From contig JBITAJ010000022.1 of assembly GCA_044440125.1 (NCBI GenBank), positions 32,001 to 96,000 of the forward strand: DNA of 64,000 nucleotides. Reading direction: 5' to 3'. This document shows positions 31,073-41,594 of the stretch, piece after piece. Source of the DNA: Sedimentisphaeraceae bacterium JB056. GTDB taxonomy: Bacteria > Planctomycetota > Phycisphaerae > Sedimentisphaerales > Sedimentisphaeraceae. Both the position numbers and the translations under genes were made by a program. Numbering within the stretch: position 1 is the first letter of the stretch; each line of letters opens with the position of its first letter. The notes under the pieces are model-generated. The model worked only from the letters and a program-made list of their open reading frames with translations, was not told the origin of the DNA and ran no database searches.

Positions 31073-31285
31073 ATGATTGAAAAATGCGTATGCTGTAACA
31101 GCAGCAGAGTAGAAAGCGGATCGCTTCAGACTACCGGCAGAGTAAGATTTCACCCTGACCACACAAAATTCCTTTCACTTAAAACTTCCGATATCAAGAT
31201 TTCAGCTTCAATGTGTCTTGATTGCGGATACATTCATCTTGTCGGTGATGTAGAAAAGGCAAATCTTCTTGTTGATGAAAGCTGA
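31073..31285 (+). CDS. Small zinc-ribbon protein
   Basis: CVCC...CLDCG pairs; AGAGG RBS; first gene of a plus-strand operon. Confidence 0.7.
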   Translation: MIEKCVCCNSSRVESGSLQTTGRVRFHPDHTKFLSLKTSDIKISASMCLDCGYIHLVGDVEKANLLVDES

Positions 31286-31296
31286 TTCTTTACGAC

Positions 31297-32412
31297 ATGA
31301 AAATTCTTGCTATCGAACCATACTACGACGGCAGTCACAAGGCATTTATCGACGACTTTATTGATAGAAGTCGACACAACTGGACATTGCTCACTATGCC
31401 CGCCAGAAAATGGAAGTGGCGTATGAGAGGATCTGCAATTGAATTCGCCAAACAAGCCAATGAATTAACTGCTATGGGGCAAAAATTCGATGCTGTATTT
31501 GCCACTGACATGATGAGCCTGACCGACTTTACCGCATTGCTTGCCCCTGAACTTGTAAATACACCTAAAGTACTCTACTTCCATGAAAATCAAATAACTT
31601 ACCCCTGTCAGGTTGAAGACAAAAGAGATTATCATTACGGCCTGACCAATATAATAAGTGCTCATTCAGCAAACAGTGTCTGGTTCAATTCACTGTATCA
31701 TAAAAGAGATTTCCTCAATGGAGCAGCAAAGATACTTAAAAAGATGCCTGACTTCAACTGCATCGATATCATACAGGATATAGACCAAAAATCCACAGTT
31801 GTGACTCAATGCATAAACGAAACAAAATCAAAGCTTCCGCTTCAGCAAGGTCCGTTGAAAATAGTATGGTCGGCAAGATGGGAACATGATAAAAATCCTG
31901 AAGACTTCTTTGCGGCCATAGCTGAATTGAAGAAAAGAGGCGTCGATTTCAGACTAAGCGTTACCGGGCAAAGCTTCAGAGAAGCTCCTGCAATATTTGA
32001 AAAAGCAAAAAAGCTGTTTGCTGAAAACATTGATAACTGGGGGTTTCTCAACGACCCCGCCGATTATAAAAGAATACTCGAGGAGAGTGATATCTTCGTA
32101 TCGACCGCCATACATGAATTTTTTGGAATAAGTGCTGTTGAAGCGGCTGCTGCCGGATGTTGCGTAATGGTGCCGCAAAGACTGGCATATCCGGAAGTCT
32201 TTGATGGACTGAATCAGGTCTTTTATGATGGAAGCGTCAATGATTTGACGAAAAAATTAGACTTAATGGCTTCGGACAGGCAAAAACTTGTGAATCTAGC
32301 AGAAAAATGTAGAAGAATCGGCAAAAAATTCCAATGGAGTAATAAAATTGATAGTATGGATGACGCTTTAGAGAAAATACCTAAAGAAAAAAACTGTAAT
32401 GTCTGGTCGTGA
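31297..32412 (+). CDS. DUF3524 + GT-B glycosyltransferase, GTDC1/QTMAN-like
   Basis: IEPYYDGSHK, PARKWKWRMR, LYFHENQITYP, FNSLY, RWEHDKNP, HEFFGISAVEA. Confidence 0.85.
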   Translation: MKILAIEPYYDGSHKAFIDDFIDRSRHNWTLLTMPARKWKWRMRGSAIEFAKQANELTAMGQKFDAVFATDMMSLTDFTALLAPELVNTPKVLYFHENQITYPCQVEDKRDYHYGLTNIISAHSANSVWFNSLYHKRDFLNGAAKILKKMPDFNCIDIIQDIDQKSTVVTQCINETKSKLPLQQGPLKIVWSARWEHDKNPEDFFAAIAELKKRGVDFRLSVTGQSFREAPAIFEKAKKLFAENIDNWGFLNDPADYKRILEESDIFVSTAIHEFFGISAVEAAAAGCCVMVPQRLAYPEVFDGLNQVFYDGSVNDLTKKLDLMASDRQKLVNLAEKCRRIGKKFQWSNKIDSMDDALEKIPKEKNCNVWS

Positions 32413-32417
32413 GATAA

Positions 32418-33047
32418 GTGAAAGTGAACATTAGAAACAAAAACATATTTCCGCAAATTCTACTGATGATATATTTCATCGTTTTTGCGATTTTTGCCTT
32501 TAACCCTTACGACAGAACTGTCTGGTGGGCAGAAAATATCCCGATAATCCTAATTGTTGCAGCGATTTGCCTGATAACAAAATATTATTACCGTTTCTCA
32601 AATCTCGCATATTTCATGATGACTGTCTTGGTAATTATGCATACAATTGGTGGTCATTACACTTTTGCACGAGTACCCTTCGGATTCATCACCGAGCTTT
32701 TTAACTTCTCAAGAAACCATTACGACAGAGTTGCCCATTTTTCTGTAGGCTTCTACGCATATCCAATAGCCGAAATGGTTTTCCAGAAAAGGAAAGTAAA
32801 TACAATCATAACTGCCGCTGTTTTTGGAATATTTGCAATATTTACTGTAGCGGGTGTCTATGAAATATTCGAGTGGCAATTTGCTTTATCAGCCGATCCT
32901 GAAGCTGGAATTGAGGTACTGGGAAGCCAAGGCGACATATGGGACGCTCAAAAGGATATCCTCGCAGATGGTCTTGGTTCTATATTAGCCGCTGTACTAT
33001 TTATAATAGCAAATAAAAAAGGAAATAAACATGCCGGAAATAACTGA
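32418..33047 (+). CDS. DUF2238 (YjdF-like) membrane protein
   Basis: WWAEN, HTIGGHYTFARVP, RNHYDRVAHF, YEIFEW, LGSQGDIWDAQKD. Confidence 0.85.
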   Translation: MKVNIRNKNIFPQILLMIYFIVFAIFAFNPYDRTVWWAENIPIILIVAAICLITKYYYRFSNLAYFMMTVLVIMHTIGGHYTFARVPFGFITELFNFSRNHYDRVAHFSVGFYAYPIAEMVFQKRKVNTIITAAVFGIFAIFTVAGVYEIFEWQFALSADPEAGIEVLGSQGDIWDAQKDILADGLGSILAAVLFIIANKKGNKHAGNN

Positions 33048-34140
33048 TTTTCTCAAAAAATGCCTTGATGATCTTGAAGAAAGAATTGATCCGTTAGTTG
33101 AAGACGAGCTATACACTGAATGGGTCGATTTTAACGAAGGTAAATATCAGGGAGATTTCTTTCTGCCGGAAAGAGCTAAAAAATCCCCGGCAAGTTTCGA
33201 TTGGATACAGCAGGCAGCAGATCACTTCGGAGGCGCAACTGCAAGACTGAAACAAATACCTGTAAATGACACATTGGAAAGCTATGAAATAATGGCTTTG
33301 CAGCAATATCACGGAGCCTCAGCATGCCTGGAAACCGGTAACGGTTTTATGATGACAATAAGAAGCAATTACGGCACCTGCATAATGCCTTCGCTATTTG
33401 GTGCAGAATTGTACATTATGCCTGAGGAAACCAATACCCTGCCAACTAACTATCCACTTGGCTTAGACAAGATCAAGGAAATTGTTAAAAATGGTGTACC
33501 CGACATCAACGGCGGCCTCTCAGAAAAAGTATTCACAATGGGTGAATTTTTCAGAGAAATAAACAGAAACTATCCCAAGATATCTAAATATGTTCATGTT
33601 ATGCACCCGGATACTCAGGGGGTAATTGATATAAGCGAACTTCTGTGGGGAAGCGAAATGCTGCTTGCGTTTTATGAGCAGCCGCAACTTGTCAAGGACC
33701 TTTTTCAGGTAGTCAGCGACACCTATATAGCCTTTATGGAAAAATGGCAGCAGATATTCCCATTCAACGCTGATTACAATGCACATTGGGGGTTCCTGCA
33801 TAAAGGCAATATCGTTTATAGAAGCGATTCCGTAATGAACATATCACCGGATATGTATGAAGAATTTGTATTTGAACACCAAAAGCGGATACTAAATCAT
33901 TACACCGGCGTACTGCACTTCTGCGGTCGAGGCGATCATTACGTCAAACAATTATCCAATATAGACGGCCTGACGGCAGTTAATCTTTCCCAGCCGGAAT
34001 ACAATGATATGGAAAATATATATACTGAAACGATAGATAAAGGTAAACACATATTACTGCTGCCGGCAGAAGAGGGCAAAAGAGCAGTAGATGACGGTAG
34101 AGACCTGCGAGGACTTGTACACTGCTTTGAAAGCTTCTAA
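33031..34140 (+). CDS. Uroporphyrinogen decarboxylase/methyltransferase (URO-D-like) TIM-barrel protein
   Basis: NYGTCIMPSLFG, DTQG..D..LLWG, P..VK.L, ISPDMYEEF, HFCG. Confidence 0.6.
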   Translation: MPEITDFLKKCLDDLEERIDPLVEDELYTEWVDFNEGKYQGDFFLPERAKKSPASFDWIQQAADHFGGATARLKQIPVNDTLESYEIMALQQYHGASACLETGNGFMMTIRSNYGTCIMPSLFGAELYIMPEETNTLPTNYPLGLDKIKEIVKNGVPDINGGLSEKVFTMGEFFREINRNYPKISKYVHVMHPDTQGVIDISELLWGSEMLLAFYEQPQLVKDLFQVVSDTYIAFMEKWQQIFPFNADYNAHWGFLHKGNIVYRSDSVMNISPDMYEEFVFEHQKRILNHYTGVLHFCGRGDHYVKQLSNIDGLTAVNLSQPEYNDMENIYTETIDKGKHILLLPAEEGKRAVDDGRDLRGLVHCFESF

Positions 34141-34152
34141 TAATTTAAAATT

Positions 34153-34195
34153 AAAATCGCGACTAAGAAAGATTCATTCATAGTCGCGATTTTTT
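34153..34195. terminator. Bidirectional intrinsic terminator
   Basis: AAAATCGCGACTA...TAGTCGCGATTTT between convergent genes. Confidence 0.75.
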
Positions 34196-34212
34196 ATCTG
34201 TTAAGCAAAGTA

Positions 34213-36225
34213 TTAGTGAACTCTTTGGCCTGGCTGGGCACCGGAATCAGGGCTTAAAAGGAAGACATCCTTTCCACCGGGACCAGATGCAATGACCATA
34301 CCTTCTGAGAGGCCAAATCTCATCTTGCGAGGTTTCAGGTTTGCAACACAAACCACAAGCCGACCTACAAGCTCTTCAGGCTTATAAGCCTTAGAAATAC
34401 CGGCAAATACATTCTTCTTTATGCCGCCGATATCAAGAGTCAACTGCAACAATTTATTAGCACCCTCTACAGGATTGGCCTCTACCACTTTTGCAACCCT
34501 GAGATCAACCTTCATAAAATCATCAAAATCGCATTCTTCTGCAAGCGGTTCATCAAGAGTATAAGTTTCTTCTTCAGCCACTGGAGCTGCCGCTGCTTTT
34601 TCTTCTTCTATCATAGCTTCGATTTTCTCCATTTCTACGCGTTCGATCAAACGCTCAAAATCATTAACAATATGTCCTTCCGCAATATCGCTATCGGTAT
34701 CAGCAAAACTAAGACAACCGGTACCAAGAATACCTTCAATCTTTTCTGCCATAACCGGAAGAACTGGCTTAATATAAATAGTAAGCAGCTTCACCGCGTT
34801 AAGTATAGCACTGAGCGTAGCTCGTGTAGCCTCCGCATCAGTCTTAACCGTAACCCATGGCTGCTTTTCATCAACATACTTATTCACCTTATCAGAGAAG
34901 GTTGCGATTCGTCTTATTACAGAAGAATAGCGAAGCCCCTCATAATCAGCAATAATATCATCTTTTGCTTCCCTGATGGCATTAACAAGCTTGATACCGT
35001 CAGAATCCATCTGGCCAATCTTGCCGTCAAGTTTCTTTCGAAGCATTGGCACACTGCGGCTCGCAAGATTGGCAAGCTTGCCTACCAAATCAGAATTAAC
35101 CCTGTTTACAAAATCCGTTAAATTCAGGTCGATATCATCTACACCATCAGCAAGTTTCGCCGCATAATAATATCGCAGATATTGAGGATCAAGATGATTA
35201 AGGTAAGAACGAGCCTTTATGAAAGTTCCCTTACTTTTGCTCATTTTGTGCCCATCAACAGTAAGGAAACCATGAACAAAGAGCTTATCAGCAGTCTTGA
35301 AACCAGAACCGATAAGCATCGCCGGCCAAAACAGTGCATGGAAATACATTATATCCTTGCCAATAAAATGATAAAGCTCCCAATCTTTGCCATTCCAAAC
35401 CTCATTGAAATCCATCCCGTTGGAATCGCAGTAATTCTTTACAGATGCCATATAACCAACAGGTGCATCAAGCCAAACATAAAAATACTTATCGTCTTCA
35501 CCTGGAATATTAAAGCCAAAATACGGCCCATCCCTTGATATATCCCAATCTTTAAGACCGGCATCAAACCACTCATCAAGTTTATTAGCTACAGAAGAAT
35601 GAGTATGTCCATCTTTCAGCAGCTCACGAAGATCTTGCTCGTAATCGGCAAGCTTAAAAAAGTAGTGTACAGTTTTCTTCTGCACAGGTTTTTGGCCGCA
35701 AAGCGAACACTTTGTATCCTTGAGATCATTAGGACTGTAAGTTGCGCCGCATTTATCACATGAATCACCATATTGATCTTCTGCTCCGCATACTGGGCAT
35801 GCTCCACGAATAAATCTATCCGGCAGAAACATCTTGCAGTCATCACAATAAGCATGCTCTATTTCTTTTGTATCAATAGACCCTTTATCTTTGAGCTTAT
35901 TATAGATAAGAGCACTCAGCTCCTTGTTTTCTGGAGAATGCGTTGTGTAATAATTCTCAAAATTAATCTGAAAATCAGTAAAATCACTATAGTGTTCCTT
36001 GTGCACATGACCTATCATATCTTCAGGAGTTATTCCCTTATTACGTGCACTCAGCATTATAGGCGTACCATGAGTGTCATCGGCACAGAAATACAGGCAA
36101 TTATTACCTGCAAGCTTCTGGTATCGAACCCATATATCTGTTTGTATGTATTCAACAAGGTGCCCTATATGTATCGGACCATTGGCATAAGGAAGAGCCG
36201 ATGTTACTACTATATTTCTACTCAT
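34213..36225 (-). CDS. metG: Methionine--tRNA ligase with C-terminal OB/Trbp111 domain
   Basis: LPYANG.IHIGH, zinc knuckles, YVWLDAP, KMSKS, DLRVA..NLKPRKM. Confidence 0.97.
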   Translation of the reverse strand: MSRNIVVTSALPYANGPIHIGHLVEYIQTDIWVRYQKLAGNNCLYFCADDTHGTPIMLSARNKGITPEDMIGHVHKEHYSDFTDFQINFENYYTTHSPENKELSALIYNKLKDKGSIDTKEIEHAYCDDCKMFLPDRFIRGACPVCGAEDQYGDSCDKCGATYSPNDLKDTKCSLCGQKPVQKKTVHYFFKLADYEQDLRELLKDGHTHSSVANKLDEWFDAGLKDWDISRDGPYFGFNIPGEDDKYFYVWLDAPVGYMASVKNYCDSNGMDFNEVWNGKDWELYHFIGKDIMYFHALFWPAMLIGSGFKTADKLFVHGFLTVDGHKMSKSKGTFIKARSYLNHLDPQYLRYYYAAKLADGVDDIDLNLTDFVNRVNSDLVGKLANLASRSVPMLRKKLDGKIGQMDSDGIKLVNAIREAKDDIIADYEGLRYSSVIRRIATFSDKVNKYVDEKQPWVTVKTDAEATRATLSAILNAVKLLTIYIKPVLPVMAEKIEGILGTGCLSFADTDSDIAEGHIVNDFERLIERVEMEKIEAMIEEEKAAAAPVAEEETYTLDEPLAEECDFDDFMKVDLRVAKVVEANPVEGANKLLQLTLDIGGIKKNVFAGISKAYKPEELVGRLVVCVANLKPRKMRFGLSEGMVIASGPGGKDVFLLSPDSGAQPGQRVH

Positions 36226-36241
36226 ATATCAACCTGCAATC

Positions 36242-37426
36242 TTAGTTCGAAGAAGACTCCTTTTGGGGTCCATCATTTCTGTTGTTTCTATTTTTCTTCT
36301 GGTTGTCATTCTCTTTTGACGGCTTTCTTCTACGGCGTCTTTTACGCTGTTTCTTATTGTTATCGGCAGTTTCTGAACCGTCCTGGCCTTGCTTCTTATC
36401 CGAGGAATTATTGTCAGATCCTTGAGCATTGCGCTGGCTTGAATTTTTACCTGCCTGATTGCCACCCTTACCTTGATCCGAATTATTAGACGACTTGCGT
36501 TCTTTCGGTTGTTCTTCTTGCTTTGGCTGCTCCTTTTGAGTTGGCCCATCGGGAAGAACCTTTATCTGATCAAGCGGTATCGCTTCATTTTGCCCATCTT
36601 CAAAATACACATGAACAAGCTGAGTAAGTATCTGATAGTCAATCACCCTGCCTTCACCGCTCGGAGTCGAAACCCAGCTTTGACGATTTGGCATATCATT
36701 TTTTAATTCCTGATATGTTTTATCTTCATATCTCAGACAGCATCGCAATCTTCCGCAATGACCTGATATTTTTGAAGGGTCAAGAGTAGCCTTTTGCGTT
36801 TTAGCCATTCGCATATTAACAGGCTTAAGTATTTTTAGAAACTTGCTGCAGCAGCATTGCTGGCCACAGGTTTCAATATCACTTATAAGCCTTGCCTCAT
36901 CTCTTGCACCAATCTGACGCATTTCAATCCGAGTCTGAAATTCTTTTGCAAGCTGTTTGACCAGATCTCTAAAATCAACCCTGCCATCGCTGACAAAATA
37001 GAAAACAATTCGCTCACCACCAAAAATATGCTCAAAATCCACAACTTTCATATGAAGGCCATGTTCTTTTACATATCTGCGGCATATTTTAAGCTCATCA
37101 TTGGCTGACTCACGAACATGACGAGCCTCATTTAAATCCTGATGAGTAGCAAATCTTACAAACTTGCCGTCAAATCCTACCGGGTACTCATTAGGCCCAA
37201 CATCGAAATATTCAGGCAGATTATTAACGCAACCTTTAAAATTACCATGCTTATAGCATCCGGTTCCGATCATTTCCCCCATCTCAAGCCCCCTGTCGGT
37301 TTTTATGATAACCTTCTTGGGAGCAGGCGGCAAATTAAGCTCATTATGACTAAACCAGCCCAAATAACCCATCTTGCCATACTTGACAAGCATTTTTTTG
37401 GTATTTTTAGATTTTTTATTTTCCAT
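36242..37426 (-). CDS. ricT: PSP1/RicT (YaaT) family protein with disordered C-terminal tail
   Basis: TDRGLEMG, RVDFRDLVK.LA.EFQTRIEMRQIGARDEA, CGQQCCC, KISGHCGRLRCCLRYE; holB-ricT-metG order; start could be 37447. Confidence 0.85.
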   Translation of the reverse strand: MENKKSKNTKKMLVKYGKMGYLGWFSHNELNLPPAPKKVIIKTDRGLEMGEMIGTGCYKHGNFKGCVNNLPEYFDVGPNEYPVGFDGKFVRFATHQDLNEARHVRESANDELKICRRYVKEHGLHMKVVDFEHIFGGERIVFYFVSDGRVDFRDLVKQLAKEFQTRIEMRQIGARDEARLISDIETCGQQCCCSKFLKILKPVNMRMAKTQKATLDPSKISGHCGRLRCCLRYEDKTYQELKNDMPNRQSWVSTPSGEGRVIDYQILTQLVHVYFEDGQNEAIPLDQIKVLPDGPTQKEQPKQEEQPKERKSSNNSDQGKGGNQAGKNSSQRNAQGSDNNSSDKKQGQDGSETADNNKKQRKRRRRRKPSKENDNQKKNRNNRNDGPQKESSSN

Positions 37427-37487
37427 ATGTTTATTTCTAAATCCCAAAAACCATAGTTTTCAGGCCAAAATACAGAATTTCTTTCTA

Positions 37488-38594
37488 TTAATTTTTCAAT
37501 TTCGTAAAGTGTAGCAGAATTTCTTCAAAAATCAATTTTTCATTTACGTAGGCATCAACCCATCTCATACTGCTGTTAATTTTTTCAACAAATTTAGCTG
37601 CAGTATTAACATCCACTTGCGTACAAAGCTGTTGTATTTGTGCTGTTTGCCCGCTATTTACAATATCTTCCGAGCCATCAACTGATAATCTAATCATGTC
37701 GGTTACCATGACAAGAAGCATTTTAAGCATTATTTTCTGTGCTCTGCGTTTCAAATCACTTTTACTGACATTCTCCATCTGATCGGAAAAAGCCTCAGAT
37801 ATCTCGCCATTCTTTGCAACCATCCACTCAGCTATATCCAAACTGTCTGCAAGTCTTGCATTAGCAAGTTTCTCCACAAGCTGGCACTTAATACTGTAAC
37901 AATCACAAAGCGAGGCCATCTTTGAGTACATAATTGATTGTCCGAGACTTCCGGAAGTGAATCTTGCCCAGAATTTAGCCTGGACTCCATCAATGCCTTC
38001 TTCTGAAAGCTTGTTGATTATAATGGCCTCATCTACAGGGCCAAACCGCAAAACCTGACTCCTTGAGAGTATTGTAGGCAAAAGTTTGTCAGTTCGTGTG
38101 CATAAAAGGATTATCAGGCAGTAAGCCGGCGGCTCTTCAAGAGTCTTAAGCATAGCATTCTGTGCCGCGGCATTCATTTTCTCTGCCTCACTTATGACAT
38201 AAACACATTTTTTAGCCATTTGAGGCTTTGAAGCGACTATGTCTACAAGAAATTCCCTTATAACATGTATGCTGAATTCACTGGGATTTTTCTTGCGTTT
38301 TGCAGAATCAGACAAAAACTCAGAGAGCTCTTTATATATGTGCTTAAAATCAGGATGGGAATCACTATCGAAAAGCTGACAGCTTCTGCAGCATTTGCAA
38401 CTGTCAACAAAGTCAGACTGAAGCGAATCTCTACCCTCACAAAGCAGTGCCTTTGCCCATTCTTTTGCCATGAGATATCTGCCAACCCCATCCTCACCGG
38501 CAAATATATAAGCATGACCTAACCGATCATGCTTCATGGCGTGCTGAAATACATCAACAACCTTATCCTGACATAAAACATCATTCAGACTCAT
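37488..38594 (-). CDS. holB: DNA polymerase III delta' subunit
   Basis: HAYIFAG..GVG, C..C.SC, HPD, AQNAMLKTLEEPP, LLPTILSR. Confidence 0.9.
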   Translation of the reverse strand: MSLNDVLCQDKVVDVFQHAMKHDRLGHAYIFAGEDGVGRYLMAKEWAKALLCEGRDSLQSDFVDSCKCCRSCQLFDSDSHPDFKHIYKELSEFLSDSAKRKKNPSEFSIHVIREFLVDIVASKPQMAKKCVYVISEAEKMNAAAQNAMLKTLEEPPAYCLIILLCTRTDKLLPTILSRSQVLRFGPVDEAIIINKLSEEGIDGVQAKFWARFTSGSLGQSIMYSKMASLCDCYSIKCQLVEKLANARLADSLDIAEWMVAKNGEISEAFSDQMENVSKSDLKRRAQKIMLKMLLVMVTDMIRLSVDGSEDIVNSGQTAQIQQLCTQVDVNTAAKFVEKINSSMRWVDAYVNEKLIFEEILLHFTKLKN

Positions 38595-38923
38595 TTTATA
38601 ACTATTTTAAAACATCTAAACCGGCATTGCCAATTACTAACGCTGTAAAACTTCAAACGCCAATTAAATGTTTTTTGAATAACTGATGAATTAGTAAAAT
38701 ATGAATACAATTGGAAAGATTTTAAGAAGATAAGGAATTAATGCAAACACAAAAACACCAAAAGGCTATTTTAAGCACTTAGAAACACATTAATTATTAA
38801 AACAGTCCCCAAAAACTGCTCTAATGCAGCACTCTTAGTTTTTTGTATGCAGGGATTAAGTGCAATGCGAGTTTTAGCCGCATCATATTAGAATTACTCA
38901 CAAAGCTGATTTTGGTAAAGATA

Positions 38924-39160
38924 TCAGTTTTCAGACTGCTCAAAATGATCCCTGAGCATCTTCATAAGGTCACAATTCTCGTTCTCTCTGTCGAGAAGCC
39001 TGAATTGTATGTGTGAAGGCAACTGAAGCCAAACTCTAATCGAAGCTTCAACAGCCCCCTTCATAACCTGACTGCGGTTGCTGCACTGCTCTTTAAGCTT
39101 TTGGAATATTTCACCACTAATGTCAGCATGTAATGTTTTTTCATCTTTTCTGTAAGCCAT
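38924..39160 (-). CDS. Small hypothetical protein, ribbon-helix-helix-like
   Basis: Strong AAGGAG RBS; strand-helix-helix pattern TLHADIS-GEIFQKLKEQC-VMKGAVEASIRVWL. Confidence 0.6.
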   Translation of the reverse strand: MAYRKDEKTLHADISGEIFQKLKEQCSNRSQVMKGAVEASIRVWLQLPSHIQFRLLDRENENCDLMKMLRDHFEQSEN

Positions 39161-39674
39161 TATTATGCTCCTTACTCATATAAAAAGATTTAGAATTAAG
39201 TGTCATTTCAATATTTGACCTGAAAGGCTGAAATTTTATGTATAATTGCTGTCCATCAATCAAATTATCAGAGTGCCCTTCATGATGCAAGTAATATTGC
39301 AAATCCCCATTTCTAAGCATATAATATCTGACTTGTTCCCGAGCCAAACAATAAATGCCAGCATTATGGATTAATGTATACGGAAACTTATTTAATTATG
39401 CTAAATCCTTCTAATCTTATAGTAACAAATAATTCTTAAATTGTCACTCTTATTATTTAATATTAATAGATAGCACGAAAAGCGATAATTCCACCTATAT
39501 AAGCACCCTATTCCCGACAAGAAAATCCTTTTTCAACGGCTTCAAATGACAATTTTAGCTGAATTTTACAAGCTTTATTTGGGGCGATAGCTGATTGCAG
39601 ATTTATATTGTAAATAATTGTTTATGGGTTATAATCTTTGTAGTGCTCGATTGATTAGAAATTACCCAGTTGAA

Positions 39675-41351
39675 ATGGATATTTTGAAACAAAAGACTAA
39701 TAAAACACTTAGGCGACTAATTGCCCTTATCTTTATCTTATCGATGATGGCTCCGGTTTTATCCATAGAACCTCAGGCATATGATGCTGCCAAATTAGAT
39801 TTAGTACGAGATAGTGAGCCGAATTTGACCGGTAAAGGAGTAAAACTCCTTATCGTAGAGCGAAGTGAAAATTACGACAGTGACAGCCCGCTTCTTGACT
39901 ACCAGCCAGACATTGAACACCCACTTCTCAAAAATTCAAACATAAGCATTCCATTAAAGGAAAAATACAACCTTGGCAACGAATCTTTCCATTCTACGGC
40001 AATATGCTCGATAATCACTGGCAAAGGTTCTGTTACTGATGAGAATGGGAATCAAATAGCGTACAATGCTCCTCTGACTGATTCTGAAATAGAAGTACTG
40101 GAGTTTAATGAGTTCTTATTAAAACACCTCATCGATATTTCCAACACACTCGAAACAGACATTCTCTGCGCAAGCTTCGGGACGTCCGTTCCTGACTGGT
40201 GGACCAGAGCATTGCAGTATATAATAGAAAGAGATGATGTACTTGGTATTGCAAGCATTGGTAACGGCGATGAAATATTTGACAGTTGCCTCTACCCTGC
40301 TTCAGGAGCAAATTTTATAGCAGTTGGCATTGCAGACAGGACAATGATGCCTTCAGGCGACAATTCGTGGCTTGATCCGACAGCCAAAAGCAGCCATGGA
40401 ATAACTTTTGAAGGGATAATCAAACCTGATATTGTTGCCAGCGGAAATTACCTTGTTGCCGACCTGCAGAATGACGGCATAGCAGAAAGCGGCAACTACT
40501 CAAGCTACGCAGCTCCTGCAGTAGCTTCAATCGCCGGACTATTAGTACAAAAAGCAAAGGAAAAGCAGCTCAAATACGCTTATTCTGAAAAAGGCTCAAA
40601 CTGCGTCATAAAGTCAATACTGATGACAGCGGCATCAAAAGGGGTAGGATGGCATAAAGGCCAATGGAGCCCCGATGACGACCACCAATCGCCTCTTGAC
40701 ATGCATCAAGGCAGCGGCACAGTTAATGCTGCGGAAGCCTGCGAATTGCTTGATTCTGAAAAACTCGAGCAAGCAGTACCGGCATCAAAGGGCTGGGATA
40801 ATTCGGTTATCGACGGGAAAAGCGAAAATACTTACAGCGTCAACGTTTCGCCTCAAGATAGATATATAAGCGCAACCTTGGTGTGGAACAGAAAGTTTCA
40901 GAAAGAATATCCATTCGAATACCTCACGGGTGACAACATAAACCTGAGACTTGAACTTTGGGCCCAAAGCCCGGAAGACCCGAATAACAGTTTGCTTATA
41001 GACTACAGTGATAGCGACAACGGAAACGTTGAACACCTCTTCTGTCCGGTCTCATCAGGAAATGTTAAATATGAAATCGTTGTTGTTTTCAGTGACAATG
41101 AAAATATATCTAAAATAGATACTCAGCAACGATACGCCTTGTCGTTCACAACAAGCCCAATACCTGAACAATGGAAAGGACAGTGGCTTGATTTCAACGC
41201 TGACGGCTCTATAGACCTTAATGACGTGCAAGGGGTACTGTCTTCTGTTTCAAAACAGAATAAGCAAACAGGAATAAGCATTGATACGCAAGCATTCAAT
41301 AGAATAAGAATATTATTGGATGAATTGTCCAAACGCGACCTTTATAAATAA
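39675..41351 (+). CDS. Secreted S8 (subtilisin-like) peptidase with dockerin/EF-hand-like C-terminus
   Basis: TGKGVKLLIVE, FHSTAIC, SIGNG, IKPDIVA, SSYAAP, KSILMT; C-terminal DFNADGSIDLND; start uncertain (39618-39675). Confidence 0.78.
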   Translation: MDILKQKTNKTLRRLIALIFILSMMAPVLSIEPQAYDAAKLDLVRDSEPNLTGKGVKLLIVERSENYDSDSPLLDYQPDIEHPLLKNSNISIPLKEKYNLGNESFHSTAICSIITGKGSVTDENGNQIAYNAPLTDSEIEVLEFNEFLLKHLIDISNTLETDILCASFGTSVPDWWTRALQYIIERDDVLGIASIGNGDEIFDSCLYPASGANFIAVGIADRTMMPSGDNSWLDPTAKSSHGITFEGIIKPDIVASGNYLVADLQNDGIAESGNYSSYAAPAVASIAGLLVQKAKEKQLKYAYSEKGSNCVIKSILMTAASKGVGWHKGQWSPDDDHQSPLDMHQGSGTVNAAEACELLDSEKLEQAVPASKGWDNSVIDGKSENTYSVNVSPQDRYISATLVWNRKFQKEYPFEYLTGDNINLRLELWAQSPEDPNNSLLIDYSDSDNGNVEHLFCPVSSGNVKYEIVVVFSDNENISKIDTQQRYALSFTTSPIPEQWKGQWLDFNADGSIDLNDVQGVLSSVSKQNKQTGISIDTQAFNRIRILLDELSKRDLYK

Positions 41352-41516
41352 GACTGTTAGTGGAAGTTTTTTTGAGACCAAACAGCTTAATTTGGTATTA
41401 AAGGACGAAAAAACAAAAAAACAAAAAAAAGTGGGTTTTCCTATTTTTTTTACTTGCATAAAAGGGGCATTTCTATTAAATTATCTCCCCTGTCGCAGAG
41501 AGCGACAAACCGATAC

Positions 41517-41589
<73 letters not shown>

Positions 41590-41594
41590 TTATC

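Noticed and set aside
35773..36549. 238-aa plus-strand ORF and 106-aa minus-strand ORF
   Set aside because: Antisense or alternate frames of metG and the ricT low-complexity tail.
39141..39347. 68-aa ORF upstream of the RHH-like gene as a possible toxin partner
   Set aside because: TTG start, no clear RBS and no toxin motifs.
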